A stretch of 42,656 nt of DNA from a virus. Its lineage: Duplodnaviria > Heunggongvirae > Uroviricota > Caudoviricetes. The stretch lies in the IMG/VR virus record IMGVR_UViG_2698536681_000004; one strand, 5' to 3'. The notes below the pieces were generated by a model that made no database searches, was not told the origin of the DNA, and saw nothing but the letters and a program-made list of their open reading frames with translations. How positions within the stretch are numbered: the first letter of the stretch is position 1; every line of letters starts with the position of its first letter. Positions 1 to 8,391 of the stretch are shown piece after piece. Both the position numbers and the translations under genes were made by a program.

Positions 1-792
1 GCCAACACCTTTTCCGCGTTCCTTGACCGCCTTTCCGATACCGTCTCTGCACGCAATACCTCCGGATTCCGTGAACAGGTCGCTGCATGGCTGGAAAAAC
101 TCAGTGCCTCTGCGGAGCTTCGACAGCAGTCTTTCGCTGTTGCTGCTGATGCCACTGAGAGCTGTGAGGACCGTGTCGCGCTCACATGGAACAATCTCCG
201 GAAAACCCTCCTGGTCCATCAGGCATCAGAAGGCCTTTTCGATAATGATACCGGCGCTCTGCTCTCCCTGGGCAGGGAAATGTTCCGCCTCGAAATTCTG
301 GAGGACATTGCCCGGGATAAAGTCAGAACTCTCCATTTTGTGGATGAGATAGAAGTCTACCTGGCCTTCCAGACCATGCTCGCAGAGAAACTTCAGCTCT
401 CCACTGCCGTGAAGGAAATGCGTTTCTATGGCGTGTCGGGAGTGACAGCAAATGACCTCCGCACTGCCGAAGCCATGGTCAGAAGCCGTGAAGAGAATGA
501 ATTTACGGACTGGTTCTCCCTCTGGGGACCATGGCATGCTGTACTGAAGCGTACGGAAGCTGACCGCTGGGCGCTGGCAGAAGAGCAGAAATATGAGATG
601 CTGGAGAATGAGTACCCTCAGAGGGTGGCTGACCGGCTGAAAGCATCAGGTCTGAGCGGTGATGCGGATGCGGAGAGGGAAGCCGGTGCACAGGTGATGC
701 GTGAGACTGAACAGCAGATTTACCGTCAGCTGACTGACGAGGTACTGGCCCTGCGATTGTCTGAAAACGGCTCACAACTGCACCATTCATAA
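1..792 (+). CDS. ipaH: IpaH-family type III effector, C-terminal NEL E3 ubiquitin ligase domain (5' partial; gene starts upstream of window)
   Basis: Frame 1 is open from base 1 to the stop at 790-792; translation FLDRLSDTVSARNTSGFREQVAAWLEKL...ESCEDRVALTWNNL...LALRLSENGSQLHHS matches the conserved IpaH/SspH NEL domain including the catalytic Cys in the CEDR motif. Confidence 0.85.
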   Translation, partial: ANTFSAFLDRLSDTVSARNTSGFREQVAAWLEKLSASAELRQQSFAVAADATESCEDRVALTWNNLRKTLLVHQASEGLFDNDTGALLSLGREMFRLEILEDIARDKVRTLHFVDEIEVYLAFQTMLAEKLQLSTAVKEMRFYGVSGVTANDLRTAEAMVRSREENEFTDWFSLWGPWHAVLKRTEADRWALAEEQKYEMLENEYPQRVADRLKASGLSGDADAEREAGAQVMRETEQQIYRQLTDEVLALRLSENGSQLHHS

Positions 793-828
793 TCACATCG
801 CATAAACCACAGACCGGACTGACTCCGG

Positions 829-855
829 AAAAACAGAGGCCCGCCCCCGGGCCTC
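829..855 (-). terminator. Intrinsic terminator hairpin between convergent ipaH and tail fibre assembly gene
   Basis: Perfect 8-bp GC-rich stem GAGGCCCG/CGGGCCTC (836-843, 848-855) with CCCC loop; on the minus strand it is followed by a TGTTTTT run. Confidence 0.45.
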
Positions 856-971
856 CCCGGATTCATCCGTTTCCCTGTTCAGCCTGACAGCACGCCCCCG
901 CGGCCGGATGACAGACTCCGCTTCGGTAAGCAAAGCGGTCTTCTGTGATTCCGCCAGTTGCGGCTTATTCA

Positions 972-1535
972 TTACTCAACGTCAAACGCCCGAATTGAAG
1001 CCAAATCATCCAGACCGCTCAGCTCCTCTTTCATTTCACGCTGACGGCGATAAATCTCATCGTTGCGATCGACCTGCGCCTGCACCATTGCTGCCGCCAG
1101 TTCTTCCAGTTCCGGCATCGACAGTTTCACCTGCTGATTATCGGCATCGCTCCACGCCATATGTGTTTGTGCTGTGACAGATTTTGCCAGCATGACTACC
1201 GGGGACAGGCGGCCCAGTGAGTTGGGGCCAGCATTCCAGATACGACCGTTCCATTCAAACGTGAACGGCTTCGCCTCCTGTTCTGTGCGCCATGCTTCAA
1301 TTTCCTGACGTCTGGCCTCTCTGGCCGCTTCCAGCATTTCTGGTGTCACAGTGAATGGGGCTATCTCACCCCATTTGCCACTTTGCAGTTCCTGCCAGAT
1401 TCGCTGACCCGTCGGTGCGACATCATCAGCGGTGGCTGTGTAGGGGACTGCCTGGTCCCTGTCGTCAAAAAAAACGTCACAGTCTACTGCGCCACTTTCG
1501 GTATAACGGGGATTAATGATTTTTTTAATTTCCAC
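972..1535 (-). CDS. Putative tail fibre assembly/chaperone protein (lambdoid remnant)
   Basis: ORF immediately downstream of the side tail fibre gene on the same strand; GTG at 1535 preceded by GAGGAA; longest ORF extends to 1595 but would overlap the upstream gene by 50 nt; family call by position and composition only. Confidence 0.5.
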   Translation of the reverse strand: MEIKKIINPRYTESGAVDCDVFFDDRDQAVPYTATADDVAPTGQRIWQELQSGKWGEIAPFTVTPEMLEAAREARRQEIEAWRTEQEAKPFTFEWNGRIWNAGPNSLGRLSPVVMLAKSVTAQTHMAWSDADNQQVKLSMPELEELAAAMVQAQVDRNDEIYRRQREMKEELSGLDDLASIRAFDVE

Positions 1536-1545
1536 GGTGCATTCC

Positions 1546-2718
1546 TCACGATGTGCGAATAAAAAGCCCGGGCATTGCGCCAGAGACATGAGCATCCGGC
1601 ACCCCGGACAGGGCGCAATATGACCCCGGTAATGAATGCTCTGAACATCCCGTAATGAAAAATTGTGGGGATGCTATATACGTTCCGGTGGGAGTACTGG
1701 GCACTGAAATCCCCACCGGTCCCAGTCGTGAGCCTCTGTATGACTGCCCCCTGACAAGTCTGATGACTTTATCACCGTCAGCTTCTCCCTGGTACGCAGC
1801 AATAATCAGCCCGCCAATGTCAGGGTCTCCCCATCTGTTGCAGACAGAGCTCGCCACGATTCTGTAAATAATATCTTCTGTGGTTATATTTATTTTCACC
1901 CAGCCAGTCAGTCTGGATATGGGCCAGTAGCAGTAGCGGGTGTGATAAATGGGGCCGTTAATGCCGTAAAAAGTAAGGGATTTGGCTCTGTACCTCGGTT
2001 CTGTTGTCTCAGGGCGTGCATCAGTCCACCGGATGCTGAGCACCCCTTCAAACCGTGTGTCGGGTATGATGATGTCGTAGGGGCCAGCAACGGAATATTC
2101 ACCTGGCAGCGCATTCCTTACCCAGGCCAGGAAATCACTCTTAGTGTCAAAACGGATAACATCTTCAGGCAGAAAAGCACACCCAAAGCCGAATGCGCCG
2201 GGTATCGCCAGACGGCCTTTTGTCCGGTCGTAAATGTCGCTCTGTGCTTCCATCGTGGCCGCACTTTTCAGCCCCAGATTATCCCGGGACTTCTGTTGTG
2301 CCTTTTCGCCTGCTGCTGCGATTTCAGACAGATGGTTAGCCGTTTTCAGAGTGCCGGTCAGCGCAGCATCAATGTCATTTTTGGCCTGCTCTGCTGCGCG
2401 GGCATAACCTGCGGCTGCCGCCACATCCTGCGCCGTCTGCTGTGCGTTTCCGGCTGCGGCCCCGGCGCTCTGCTGCGCCTGCGCCACCATTTCCTCAAAG
2501 CGTTTGACGACATCCGGTTTCAGGTCGCCCTCATCAGGAGCAATCAGAAAGTCATTCAGCGTGCCGGGCTTTGAGTCGTCGTATACAGCAATGTCGCCAA
2601 CGTTGTACTCGTTGTGCCAGCCCGGTTTCAGATACACACCATATTTTCCAGTCCGCGCATGGAAACAGTATTCACCATCGTTTCCTGTCATCACATCAGC
2701 AACAGTGTGCATCACCAC
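1546..2718 (-). CDS. stf: Lambdoid side tail fibre protein Stf, probably 5'-truncated by the adjacent IS66 end
   Basis: N-terminal region contains the conserved Stf motif VYDDSKPGTLNDFL followed by Ala/Gln-rich repeats; aligns with lambda Stf from about residue 40 onward; IS66 terminal repeat begins 17 bp upstream. Confidence 0.7.
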   Translation of the reverse strand: MVMHTVADVMTGNDGEYCFHARTGKYGVYLKPGWHNEYNVGDIAVYDDSKPGTLNDFLIAPDEGDLKPDVVKRFEEMVAQAQQSAGAAAGNAQQTAQDVAAAAGYARAAEQAKNDIDAALTGTLKTANHLSEIAAAGEKAQQKSRDNLGLKSAATMEAQSDIYDRTKGRLAIPGAFGFGCAFLPEDVIRFDTKSDFLAWVRNALPGEYSVAGPYDIIIPDTRFEGVLSIRWTDARPETTEPRYRAKSLTFYGINGPIYHTRYCYWPISRLTGWVKINITTEDIIYRIVASSVCNRWGDPDIGGLIIAAYQGEADGDKVIRLVRGQSYRGSRLGPVGISVPSTPTGTYIASPQFFITGCSEHSLPGSYCALSGVPDAHVSGAMPGLFIRTS

Positions 2719-2734
2719 TTCCGGGGTGTTTACC

Positions 2735-3300
2735 GTAAGCGTGCAGCAAGAACCGTATTGACGGGAATGTGTTATTCAGTCGGCAGTGCTACGCGCCAGG
2801 GGAGCAGTTCGCCGACCCGGTTTATCGGCCAGTCGGCTATGACGTCAAGGACATAGCGGAGGTAGCTTTCTGGCTCCACTCCGTTCAGTTTGCACGTCCC
2901 GATCAGGCTGTACAGCAGCGCTCCCCGCTCTCCTCCATGATCCGAACCGAAGAACAGGTAGTTTTTGCGGCCCAGACTGACCATCCGCAACGCATTTTCA
3001 GCGATGTTATTGTCCGCCTCAGCCCAGCCATCATCTGCATAGTACGTCAGCGCCGGCCACTGGTTCAGGGCATATGCGAACGCTTTCGCCAGTTCTGAGT
3101 GTCGCGACAGGGTTTTCATCTTTTCACGCAGCCAGCTTTCCAGGGATTTCAGCAGCGGTTTCGTTTTCAACTGACGTTCGGCAAGGCGCTGTTTCAGCAG
3201 GAAGATGTCGTCAGAAGAGATGTCGTTCATAAGCCCGTATTTTACCGGGCTTATTCTGTGACAACCAGGATAAAGAGATTTACAGCATGGTCAGGGAGGT
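2735..3300 (-). mobile_element. IS66-family element, 3' portion (terminal repeat starting GTAAGCG at 2735 plus tnpC C-terminal region)
   Basis: IS66-family inverted repeats typically begin 5'-GTAA; GTAAGCGTGCAGCAAG at 2735 lies just beyond the transposase C-terminus; upstream boundary with the prophage end is not resolved. Confidence 0.55.
2772..3230 (-). pseudogene. tnpC: IS66-family transposase TnpC (orf3), C-terminal fragment only
   Basis: Translation ...GRKNYLFFGSDHGGERGALLYSLIGTCKLNGVEPESYLRYVLDVIADWP...ELLPW matches the conserved C-terminal region of IS66 transposases; the N-terminal two thirds are absent and the frame closes at a stop at 3291-3293. Confidence 0.7.
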
Positions 3301-3337
3301 CAGCAGCCGCTTAGGCTGTCTATAGCGCGGCGATTTT

Positions 3338-3405
3338 TTTGATACCGATTTGCATTTCATTTGATACCGCTGAAAAACGCCGATACGCAACTTATTTGAT
3401 ACTAA
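3338..3405. repeat. Prophage right end (attR-like): three closely spaced TTTGATAC(C/T) motifs, putative transposase binding sites
   Basis: TTTGATACCG at 3338-3347 and 3360-3369, TTTGATACTA at 3395-3404; the same motif occurs three times in reverse complement at the other prophage end. Confidence 0.6.
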
Positions 3406-3448
3406 ATCGGCGCTTTTCTTTTGAGTTTTAGAATGAGTTTTTAAGCGT

Positions 3449-4186
3449 TCATTCACTCTCTTTCAAACCAGTTTTAACTGTTTGTGGTTTTGGGTAAGGC
3501 TGGACTTTGAATAGCTTTGTGTTAAGGCGTTTTCTGGCTCTCTTGTCCAGAAACCGGATGTAACGAAACTGACGGAATTTATGAACACTGGCTCTGTCGA
3601 TATTAGCCCGCAGATGTTCACCTCGCTGTCCTCCTCGTTTGATTGCATTCTTGCAAATCTCGTGATACCACTCGCCATCAAGTTCATAGAATGTTGTTTC
3701 ATGACTGCCTACATAATCAAAATTGCTTGCCTGGTACACGACACCAAGACAGCCACAACGCTCATCTGCAAACGACTGAACCCACTGCACCTGCGGATAA
3801 AGTTGTCTGATTAGTTTGAGCGCGTAACTGATTGCCCTTGATTCGGAGTTTCTCGGCATACAGTCATGCAGCCATAACCGGTTAAGCTCCATATATTCGC
3901 GGTTCTGCGTGCCAGTTACGACGCGTGCACCATTGTTTGGATTAAGGGCATAACCCCATTGCATTACGCCAACCAGCTCCCGTTCTGAAAATATGCCCAG
4001 ATGAAGGTAGGAATTATTTACGAAACGATGGCTGTAATGTTTATTGACGACGACCAGCCGGGCCAGCCAGCAACTTATTGTCTCAACCCGTAACTCACGG
4101 GAGCCATAACCGACGATATTGTCGTTATAGTGAATAAGTTCAGGCGTGCTGATGATACGGGATGTAACTTGCTTTCTGTTCCCCAC
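3449..4186 (-). CDS. mom: Mom-like DNA modification protein (start internal to the long ORF, approximate)
   Basis: ORF overlaps the 3' end of com exactly as mom does in Mu and is the last gene before the prophage end; the longest ORF (to 4381) would run through com so the true start is internal, candidate GTG at 4186; Mom family assigned by synteny. Confidence 0.55.
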   Translation of the reverse strand: MGNRKQVTSRIISTPELIHYNDNIVGYGSRELRVETISCWLARLVVVNKHYSHRFVNNSYLHLGIFSERELVGVMQWGYALNPNNGARVVTGTQNREYMELNRLWLHDCMPRNSESRAISYALKLIRQLYPQVQWVQSFADERCGCLGVVYQASNFDYVGSHETTFYELDGEWYHEICKNAIKRGGQRGEHLRANIDRASVHKFRQFRYIRFLDKRARKRLNTKLFKVQPYPKPQTVKTGLKESE

Positions 4187-4340
4187 GACAGGATTTCCTT
4201 GTGTATGTGGGGTGCTCTGTGGCGCTCTGAGATGTGATTTGATTGAGGGTTTTACAGCGCGGACATTTAACTTCCAGATAACTGAAGCTGGCTCGTGCCA
4301 GTAGCTTGTTACAATGTCGGCACCGTATGTTTCGATACAT
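4140..4340 (-). CDS. com: Com-like zinc-finger translational activator of mom
   Basis: ATG at 4340 preceded by AGGAGG; product [27 protein letters not shown] has the CxxC...CPRC zinc finger and strong similarity to Mu Com as recalled (IRCKNCNKLLFKA...IEIRCPRCK). Confidence 0.75.
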   Translation of the reverse strand: MYRNIRCRHCNKLLARASFSYLEVKCPRCKTLNQITSQSATEHPTYTRKSCRGEQKASYIPYHQHA

Positions 4341-4383
4341 GGCCGCATAACCTCCTGCTTTGTTGTTGATATCTTTATCACTC

Positions 4384-4408
4384 AATCGATCGACAAAAAC
4401 GATCGATT
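4384..4408. promoter_or_regulatory. Perfect 9-bp inverted repeat with a GATC Dam site in each arm, upstream of com-mom
   Basis: AATCGATCG (4384-4392), 7-nt spacer ACAAAAA, CGATCGATT (4400-4408); GATC at 4388-4391 and 4401-4404, a third GATC at 4470-4473; sits about 45-70 bp upstream of the com ATG. Confidence 0.4.
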
Positions 4409-4596
4409 TGATTTATTTAATTGATACAACAAATAACACGAAATGTCATTAGCGAAAATTTATGAGTTTGATCACTAATTTTAAACGGTGCTGTAACGCA
4501 TAAGTGCTGAATGATTGTACATTTGAATACCGCAAAGCAAACAAATCAACTAATTTATAGAAGTCAATTGGTTAATTGCCAGCGTAAGAGGCTGCT

Positions 4597-4890
4597 ATGG
4601 ACAATCATGTAACGACGAGAAATCGAAAAATGATTGAAAATGCGGAAATCTATAATGATTATTTTTCCGATTATTCAGATGCCTGCAAATACAGTTCGAG
4701 TGCGGGAGAGTTCATATGCTTCAACTTTTTTATTAAATCTTATGTTTTTCCTCCACAGCAAGAAGATGGAGGTGTGCCACCTCCTGAAATCACTTTGCAC
4801 CGTATAGCCTCCGTCTCAATGATGGAGCAACAGGCTAATGAGCTGTATAGCATTCTGGGAACGATTCTACAAAAGCGTGAATCGGACTAA
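4597..4890 (+). CDS. Hypothetical protein, AT-rich ORF divergent from com-mom
   Basis: 97-codon ORF with AAGAGG 6 nt upstream of the ATG; AT-rich composition unlike the flanking phage genes; no family recognised. Confidence 0.4.
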   Translation: MDNHVTTRNRKMIENAEIYNDYFSDYSDACKYSSSAGEFICFNFFIKSYVFPPQQEDGGVPPPEITLHRIASVSMMEQQANELYSILGTILQKRESD

Positions 4891-5057
4891 TGATACCGGT
4901 TCATTTGCCTGCCCGGATGGGGAAGCAGGATTGACTGCTCCATAAGCAGCTATATTTCTGAATACGAAATACTATCCAGCGATTACATATGGCTGGATAG
5001 CGGCAAAGATGTTTTCATTAGTGTCAAACCGGCAGAGGACACCACCGGTTTGTATTG

Positions 5058-5312
5058 TTACATCATGGTACTGTCAGTTCCGGGCTGAGCCGGGTCTGGT
5101 TGCTCTGGCTGCGCGTCGGTTTTCGGCTCATTATCAGCATCACTGGCCGCAACTGCTGGCCCAATAAGTTTTGCCAGCACTTCATCAACGTAAGTGTCGA
5201 TTTGTGCCTCAAAATCCTTGCGGACCTGCGCTTTCAGCAACTTATTTACTTCACCGGAATACAGTGCCTGTTTTACCAGGTCTTCAGTGACGGTGCCTTT
5301 AATTTCTGGCAT
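5058..5312 (-). CDS. Hypothetical small acidic protein
   Basis: 84-codon ORF with AGGAGG 6 nt upstream of the ATG at 5312; no family recognised. Confidence 0.5.
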   Translation of the reverse strand: MPEIKGTVTEDLVKQALYSGEVNKLLKAQVRKDFEAQIDTYVDEVLAKLIGPAVAASDADNEPKTDAQPEQPDPAQPGTDSTMM

Positions 5313-5347
5313 GTATATCCTCCTTATGCGGGAATAAAGCCCTGCAA

Positions 5348-5530
5348 TCAGGGCTGGGTCGGGTCTTTTGGGAGCGGAGTTACCTGCGCTGTTTTACTGA
5401 GTTTTTCAGCTGCTGCGTCCTCAATTTTGCGGCGAACATAATTTCTGATGGCCTTATAACCACCACTCACCAGATATAACGCACATACTGCCGTGCAGAA
5501 ATACAATAAAATAAGCTGTAAAAATGTCAT
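5348..5530 (-). CDS. Hypothetical small membrane protein (single N-terminal transmembrane helix)
   Basis: ATG at 5530 preceded by GGGAGGG; product MTFLQLILLYFCTAVCALYLVSGG then a basic tail; no family recognised. Confidence 0.45.
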   Translation of the reverse strand: MTFLQLILLYFCTAVCALYLVSGGYKAIRNYVRRKIEDAAAEKLSKTAQVTPLPKDPTQP

Positions 5531-5579
5531 TATCCCTCCCAATTATTGACATGGTGTTGACACCGGTAATATCTGTTAG

Positions 5580-5667
5580 GTAAAAAGGTGCACTGCATTT
5601 TTTGCTTTGGATATAACGATCTTTTTGCCGCCGGTTTCTTGTTTTCCCTTACCGGCGGCATTTTTTT
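5580..5667 (+). ncRNA. Candidate small RNA (promoter-like hexamers plus strong intrinsic terminator, no ORF)
   Basis: TTGACA at 5546-5551 and 5557-5562, TAATAT at 5567-5572, then about 85 nt downstream a terminator; lies in the intergenic space between two minus-strand genes. Confidence 0.25.
5626..5667 (+). terminator. Rho-independent terminator, plus strand
   Basis: Perfect 10-bp stem TGCCGCCGGT (5626-5635) / ACCGGCGGCA (5651-5660), 15-nt loop, followed by TTTTTTT (5661-5667). Confidence 0.6.
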
Positions 5668-5674
5668 ATCCTGC

Positions 5675-7729
5675 TTACGCGTTATTCACTTCCACCACGA
5701 TACTGTCAATCAGTACCGGGTAAGTCGCATTTTTAGTGATATCGGTCACGCGCAACTTGTCTGCCGTAAACGTGCCGACCGGAGACTGCGACAGCATGAA
5801 TGGTGTCCCGTCCTTACCATCAATGACCGGCGTCACCTCAATACTGTTGTTACCGGCAAAACGGAAGCCCAGCGTATGCCATTCGTTATTAAATGCGCCG
5901 AATGACCCCAGCTTCGTGTTCTGCGCCGTGTTTCCTTTGTGATACATCACGTTAAGGTCTGTGGCATCGCTCTGTACGTAGAACGATGCCAGCAGGTTAT
6001 GACCGGCATTTCCTTCCAGAGTAACCCCTTGCGGCAGGGCAGAAACCGGCCAGTACAGCGCCAGTGCGTACTGATTAGCCGTAAGCGCGCCATCGAGTTT
6101 AAAACGACAACTGACAAGACCACCTTTACCCAGCAGGTCCGCACCATTACCAGCATCATGCTCAAGGTACCAGGGGGCTCTTCCTGTTTCCTTGGTCAGT
6201 TTCATTGCCTTACCCCCGCTGGCTCCGGCATCATCCACGATTTGAGCCTTGCCACCTCCGGCAGCCCAACCCTGTGGTGTCAACCGTCCTTCAGACTCAG
6301 ATGCCCGGTAAGCAAATAGCGTACTCATCGTCGTGGTGTCTGCGGGTGGCGTGGACGGTTTTGATGGTGTATCAGGTGACGGCTTCTCATCCGGTGGTGT
6401 CACGGTCTGCCCACGCATCAGTTCAGCCGTGCGCCCTGCATGGAGCATAATAGCTGAGGCCAGACGGTCTGAAATGACGCCCCTGCGTGCCCATGAGCTG
6501 AAATGGCTGTCACGCTGTGTCGAAACAAAACTGCCCTGGGTTCGGGATGCTGCACCGTAATACCCGACAGCCACAATATCCGGGTCTTCCGCCGGAGCAT
6601 TCGTTGGCGTGCTCTGTCCATTCTCATCCGTCAGGAACGGTACAAAGAAAATTTTCTGTGCTTCCTTGCCTTTGTAGCCACCGTATACTGCCTCATATTT
6701 ATCGGTGCCAGCGTTTTTCCAGTAATACGTGGTATCACCGCAAATCCACGGCACCGTGGTGGCATTTCCACTCACGCACTGCGCAGCAAGCGGAGCCAGG
6801 TCAGTTCTGAACTGCTGAACCATGGCCGTGAATAAACTATTATGCTGCTGGCTTCCTGAGGCAAGGTCTGCCTCTCCCTGCATCCAGACCACAGCCAGAA
6901 GTTTGTTTTTCGGGTTTTTCGCCAGCGCGACTTTGGTGCGGCTTACCAGGTCCTGATACAGAGGTTTACCGGCCCCCCAGCGTGAAGAATCAGCGGAAGC
7001 ACCGCTGGCCTCACTGAATGAGCCGTCGGCTCCAGTGGTGAATGCTGACCCGCCACGACAACAGGGCACCAGAAGTATCCCGGCATTCTGTGGGATATAG
7101 GGAAGCAGTTTTTTGGCAATATGCAACCCCTGACCGACAGTCCCGTACTGGCCTTTTGCCAGATCAGCTTTCGGGTGGTTTATCCCGCTCATATCCTGAA
7201 CATCATGCAGGCAGTGGTCTGCCGGAATGATGTCGTTGTATGTACACGACGTACCGTTGGGCGTTACCGTACTGCGGCGTGCCAGTTGCTTAATGCGTGG
7301 GTCCGGGCGGTCAAACGAATCCGGTAACGGCAGCCCCTCGCCGTAGGCCATGCCATTTGACTGACCCGCGAGAATGACAACAAAGTAATATTCCGGCTCT
7401 GAACTGCTGCCATTCGTGCTACCGGAAGGCCCGGCGTTATCCGGTGCATTCCAGTCGGAGGGCGTGAGCGTTCCGGCCACGTCAGATGTGATTGGAATGA
7501 TGCCAGTCACGCCTGAACTGGTGATTTCTGCACTGGGATTACCGGATACCGGCATTACCCATAATGGCTCTTTCGTGCTGAAGCGGATCACGCAGTCTGC
7601 GAAGGTGATCCCCCCTTTATTACCCGAAGGGCGGAAAGGGCTTTCAATAAATGCCACCGTGCCACCGGCAACCTTGACTGAAAACTCTCCGGGCATGGCG
7701 GAGAGCATTTTCCACTTGGAGTCTGACAT
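5675..7729 (-). CDS. NanS-p-like sialate O-acetylesterase family protein (SGNH/DUF303 esterase with C-terminal lectin-like domain)
   Basis: Catalytic-type motifs VVILAGQSNGMAYGEG and VVWMQGEADL typical of SASA/DUF303 esterases; 684 aa, comparable to prophage NanS-p esterases. Confidence 0.65.
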   Translation of the reverse strand: MSDSKWKMLSAMPGEFSVKVAGGTVAFIESPFRPSGNKGGITFADCVIRFSTKEPLWVMPVSGNPSAEITSSGVTGIIPITSDVAGTLTPSDWNAPDNAGPSGSTNGSSSEPEYYFVVILAGQSNGMAYGEGLPLPDSFDRPDPRIKQLARRSTVTPNGTSCTYNDIIPADHCLHDVQDMSGINHPKADLAKGQYGTVGQGLHIAKKLLPYIPQNAGILLVPCCRGGSAFTTGADGSFSEASGASADSSRWGAGKPLYQDLVSRTKVALAKNPKNKLLAVVWMQGEADLASGSQQHNSLFTAMVQQFRTDLAPLAAQCVSGNATTVPWICGDTTYYWKNAGTDKYEAVYGGYKGKEAQKIFFVPFLTDENGQSTPTNAPAEDPDIVAVGYYGAASRTQGSFVSTQRDSHFSSWARRGVISDRLASAIMLHAGRTAELMRGQTVTPPDEKPSPDTPSKPSTPPADTTTMSTLFAYRASESEGRLTPQGWAAGGGKAQIVDDAGASGGKAMKLTKETGRAPWYLEHDAGNGADLLGKGGLVSCRFKLDGALTANQYALALYWPVSALPQGVTLEGNAGHNLLASFYVQSDATDLNVMYHKGNTAQNTKLGSFGAFNNEWHTLGFRFAGNNSIEVTPVIDGKDGTPFMLSQSPVGTFTADKLRVTDITKNATYPVLIDSIVVEVNNA

Positions 7730-7800
7730 CGTCTTTTCTGCCTGTTTCTGAATTAAACAGAGTCAGAATAGCGACCGCTGAAAAATATGTGTTTTGCGGA

Positions 7801-7834
7801 AATTCAAAAAAGCGTCACGGTACTTTTGGTGACG
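7801..7834 (-). terminator. Intrinsic terminator overlapping the invertase stop codon
   Basis: Stem CGTCAC (7813-7818) / GTGACG (7829-7834) with a 10-nt loop; on the minus strand followed by CTTTTTTGAATT. Confidence 0.5.
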
Positions 7835-8391
7835 GAGCTGGTGAGGCAGGAAAATAACGATAAAGGGTGGAAAGGCCAATATCAAATATCAGTGCGATTT
7901 GTTTACGGGACTCGCCATTAGCCAGCAAACGGGCGATTTGCTCCCGCTCTTTCTCTGTCAGTTTCTGAGGTCTGCCGCCATGACGCCCCTGAGCACGGGC
8001 AGCAGCAAGACCCGCGCGTGTACGTTCAATAATGAGTTCCCGCTCCATTTCCGCCAGCGCGCCCATTATATGGAAAAAGAAACGTCCCATGGGAGTGGAT
8101 GTATCAATATTGTCCGTAATGCTGCGGAAGTTAACGCCGCGTTGCCGGAGTTCTTCTGTTAAAAGGACAAGGTGCTGCATACTGCGTCCAAGGCGATCCA
8201 GTTTCCAGACCAGCAGGGTATCCCCTGGCCGGAGTCGCTTTAATGCGCGTTTAAGTCCGGGACGCTCCCTTGTCTTACCGCTTATTCTGTCTTCGAAAAA
8301 CAGCTCACATCCTGCACATTCCAGCGCATTTCTTTGTAGCGCCGTATTCTGGTCATTTGTTGACACCCTGATATACCCAATNNNNNNNNNN
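7815..8391 (-). CDS. gin: Serine recombinase, DNA invertase of the Gin/Pin/Hin family (first codons lost in the assembly gap)
   Basis: Translation IGYIRVSTNDQNTALQRNALECAGCELFFEDRISGKTRERPGLKRALKRL...GRFFFHIMGALAEMERELIIERT is near-identical in pattern to Gin/Pin; reading frame runs into the N-run at 8392. Confidence 0.9.

Noticed and set aside
23-352. ORF in frame 2 at the window start
   Set aside because: The IpaH NEL domain is unambiguously in frame 1 across this region; this is an overlapping shadow ORF
972-1595. Longest form of the tail fibre assembly ORF
   Set aside because: Starts 50 nt inside the upstream fibre gene with no ribosome-binding site; the GTG at 1535 with GAGGAA upstream is more plausible
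3449-4381. Full 310-aa ORF as the mom product
   Set aside because: It would run through the whole of com in another frame; by analogy with Mu the true start is internal near the com 3' end
5588-5905. Plus-strand ORF antisense to the esterase 3' end
   Set aside because: Starts at a non-ATG codon inside the candidate sRNA and runs through its terminator; composition looks non-coding
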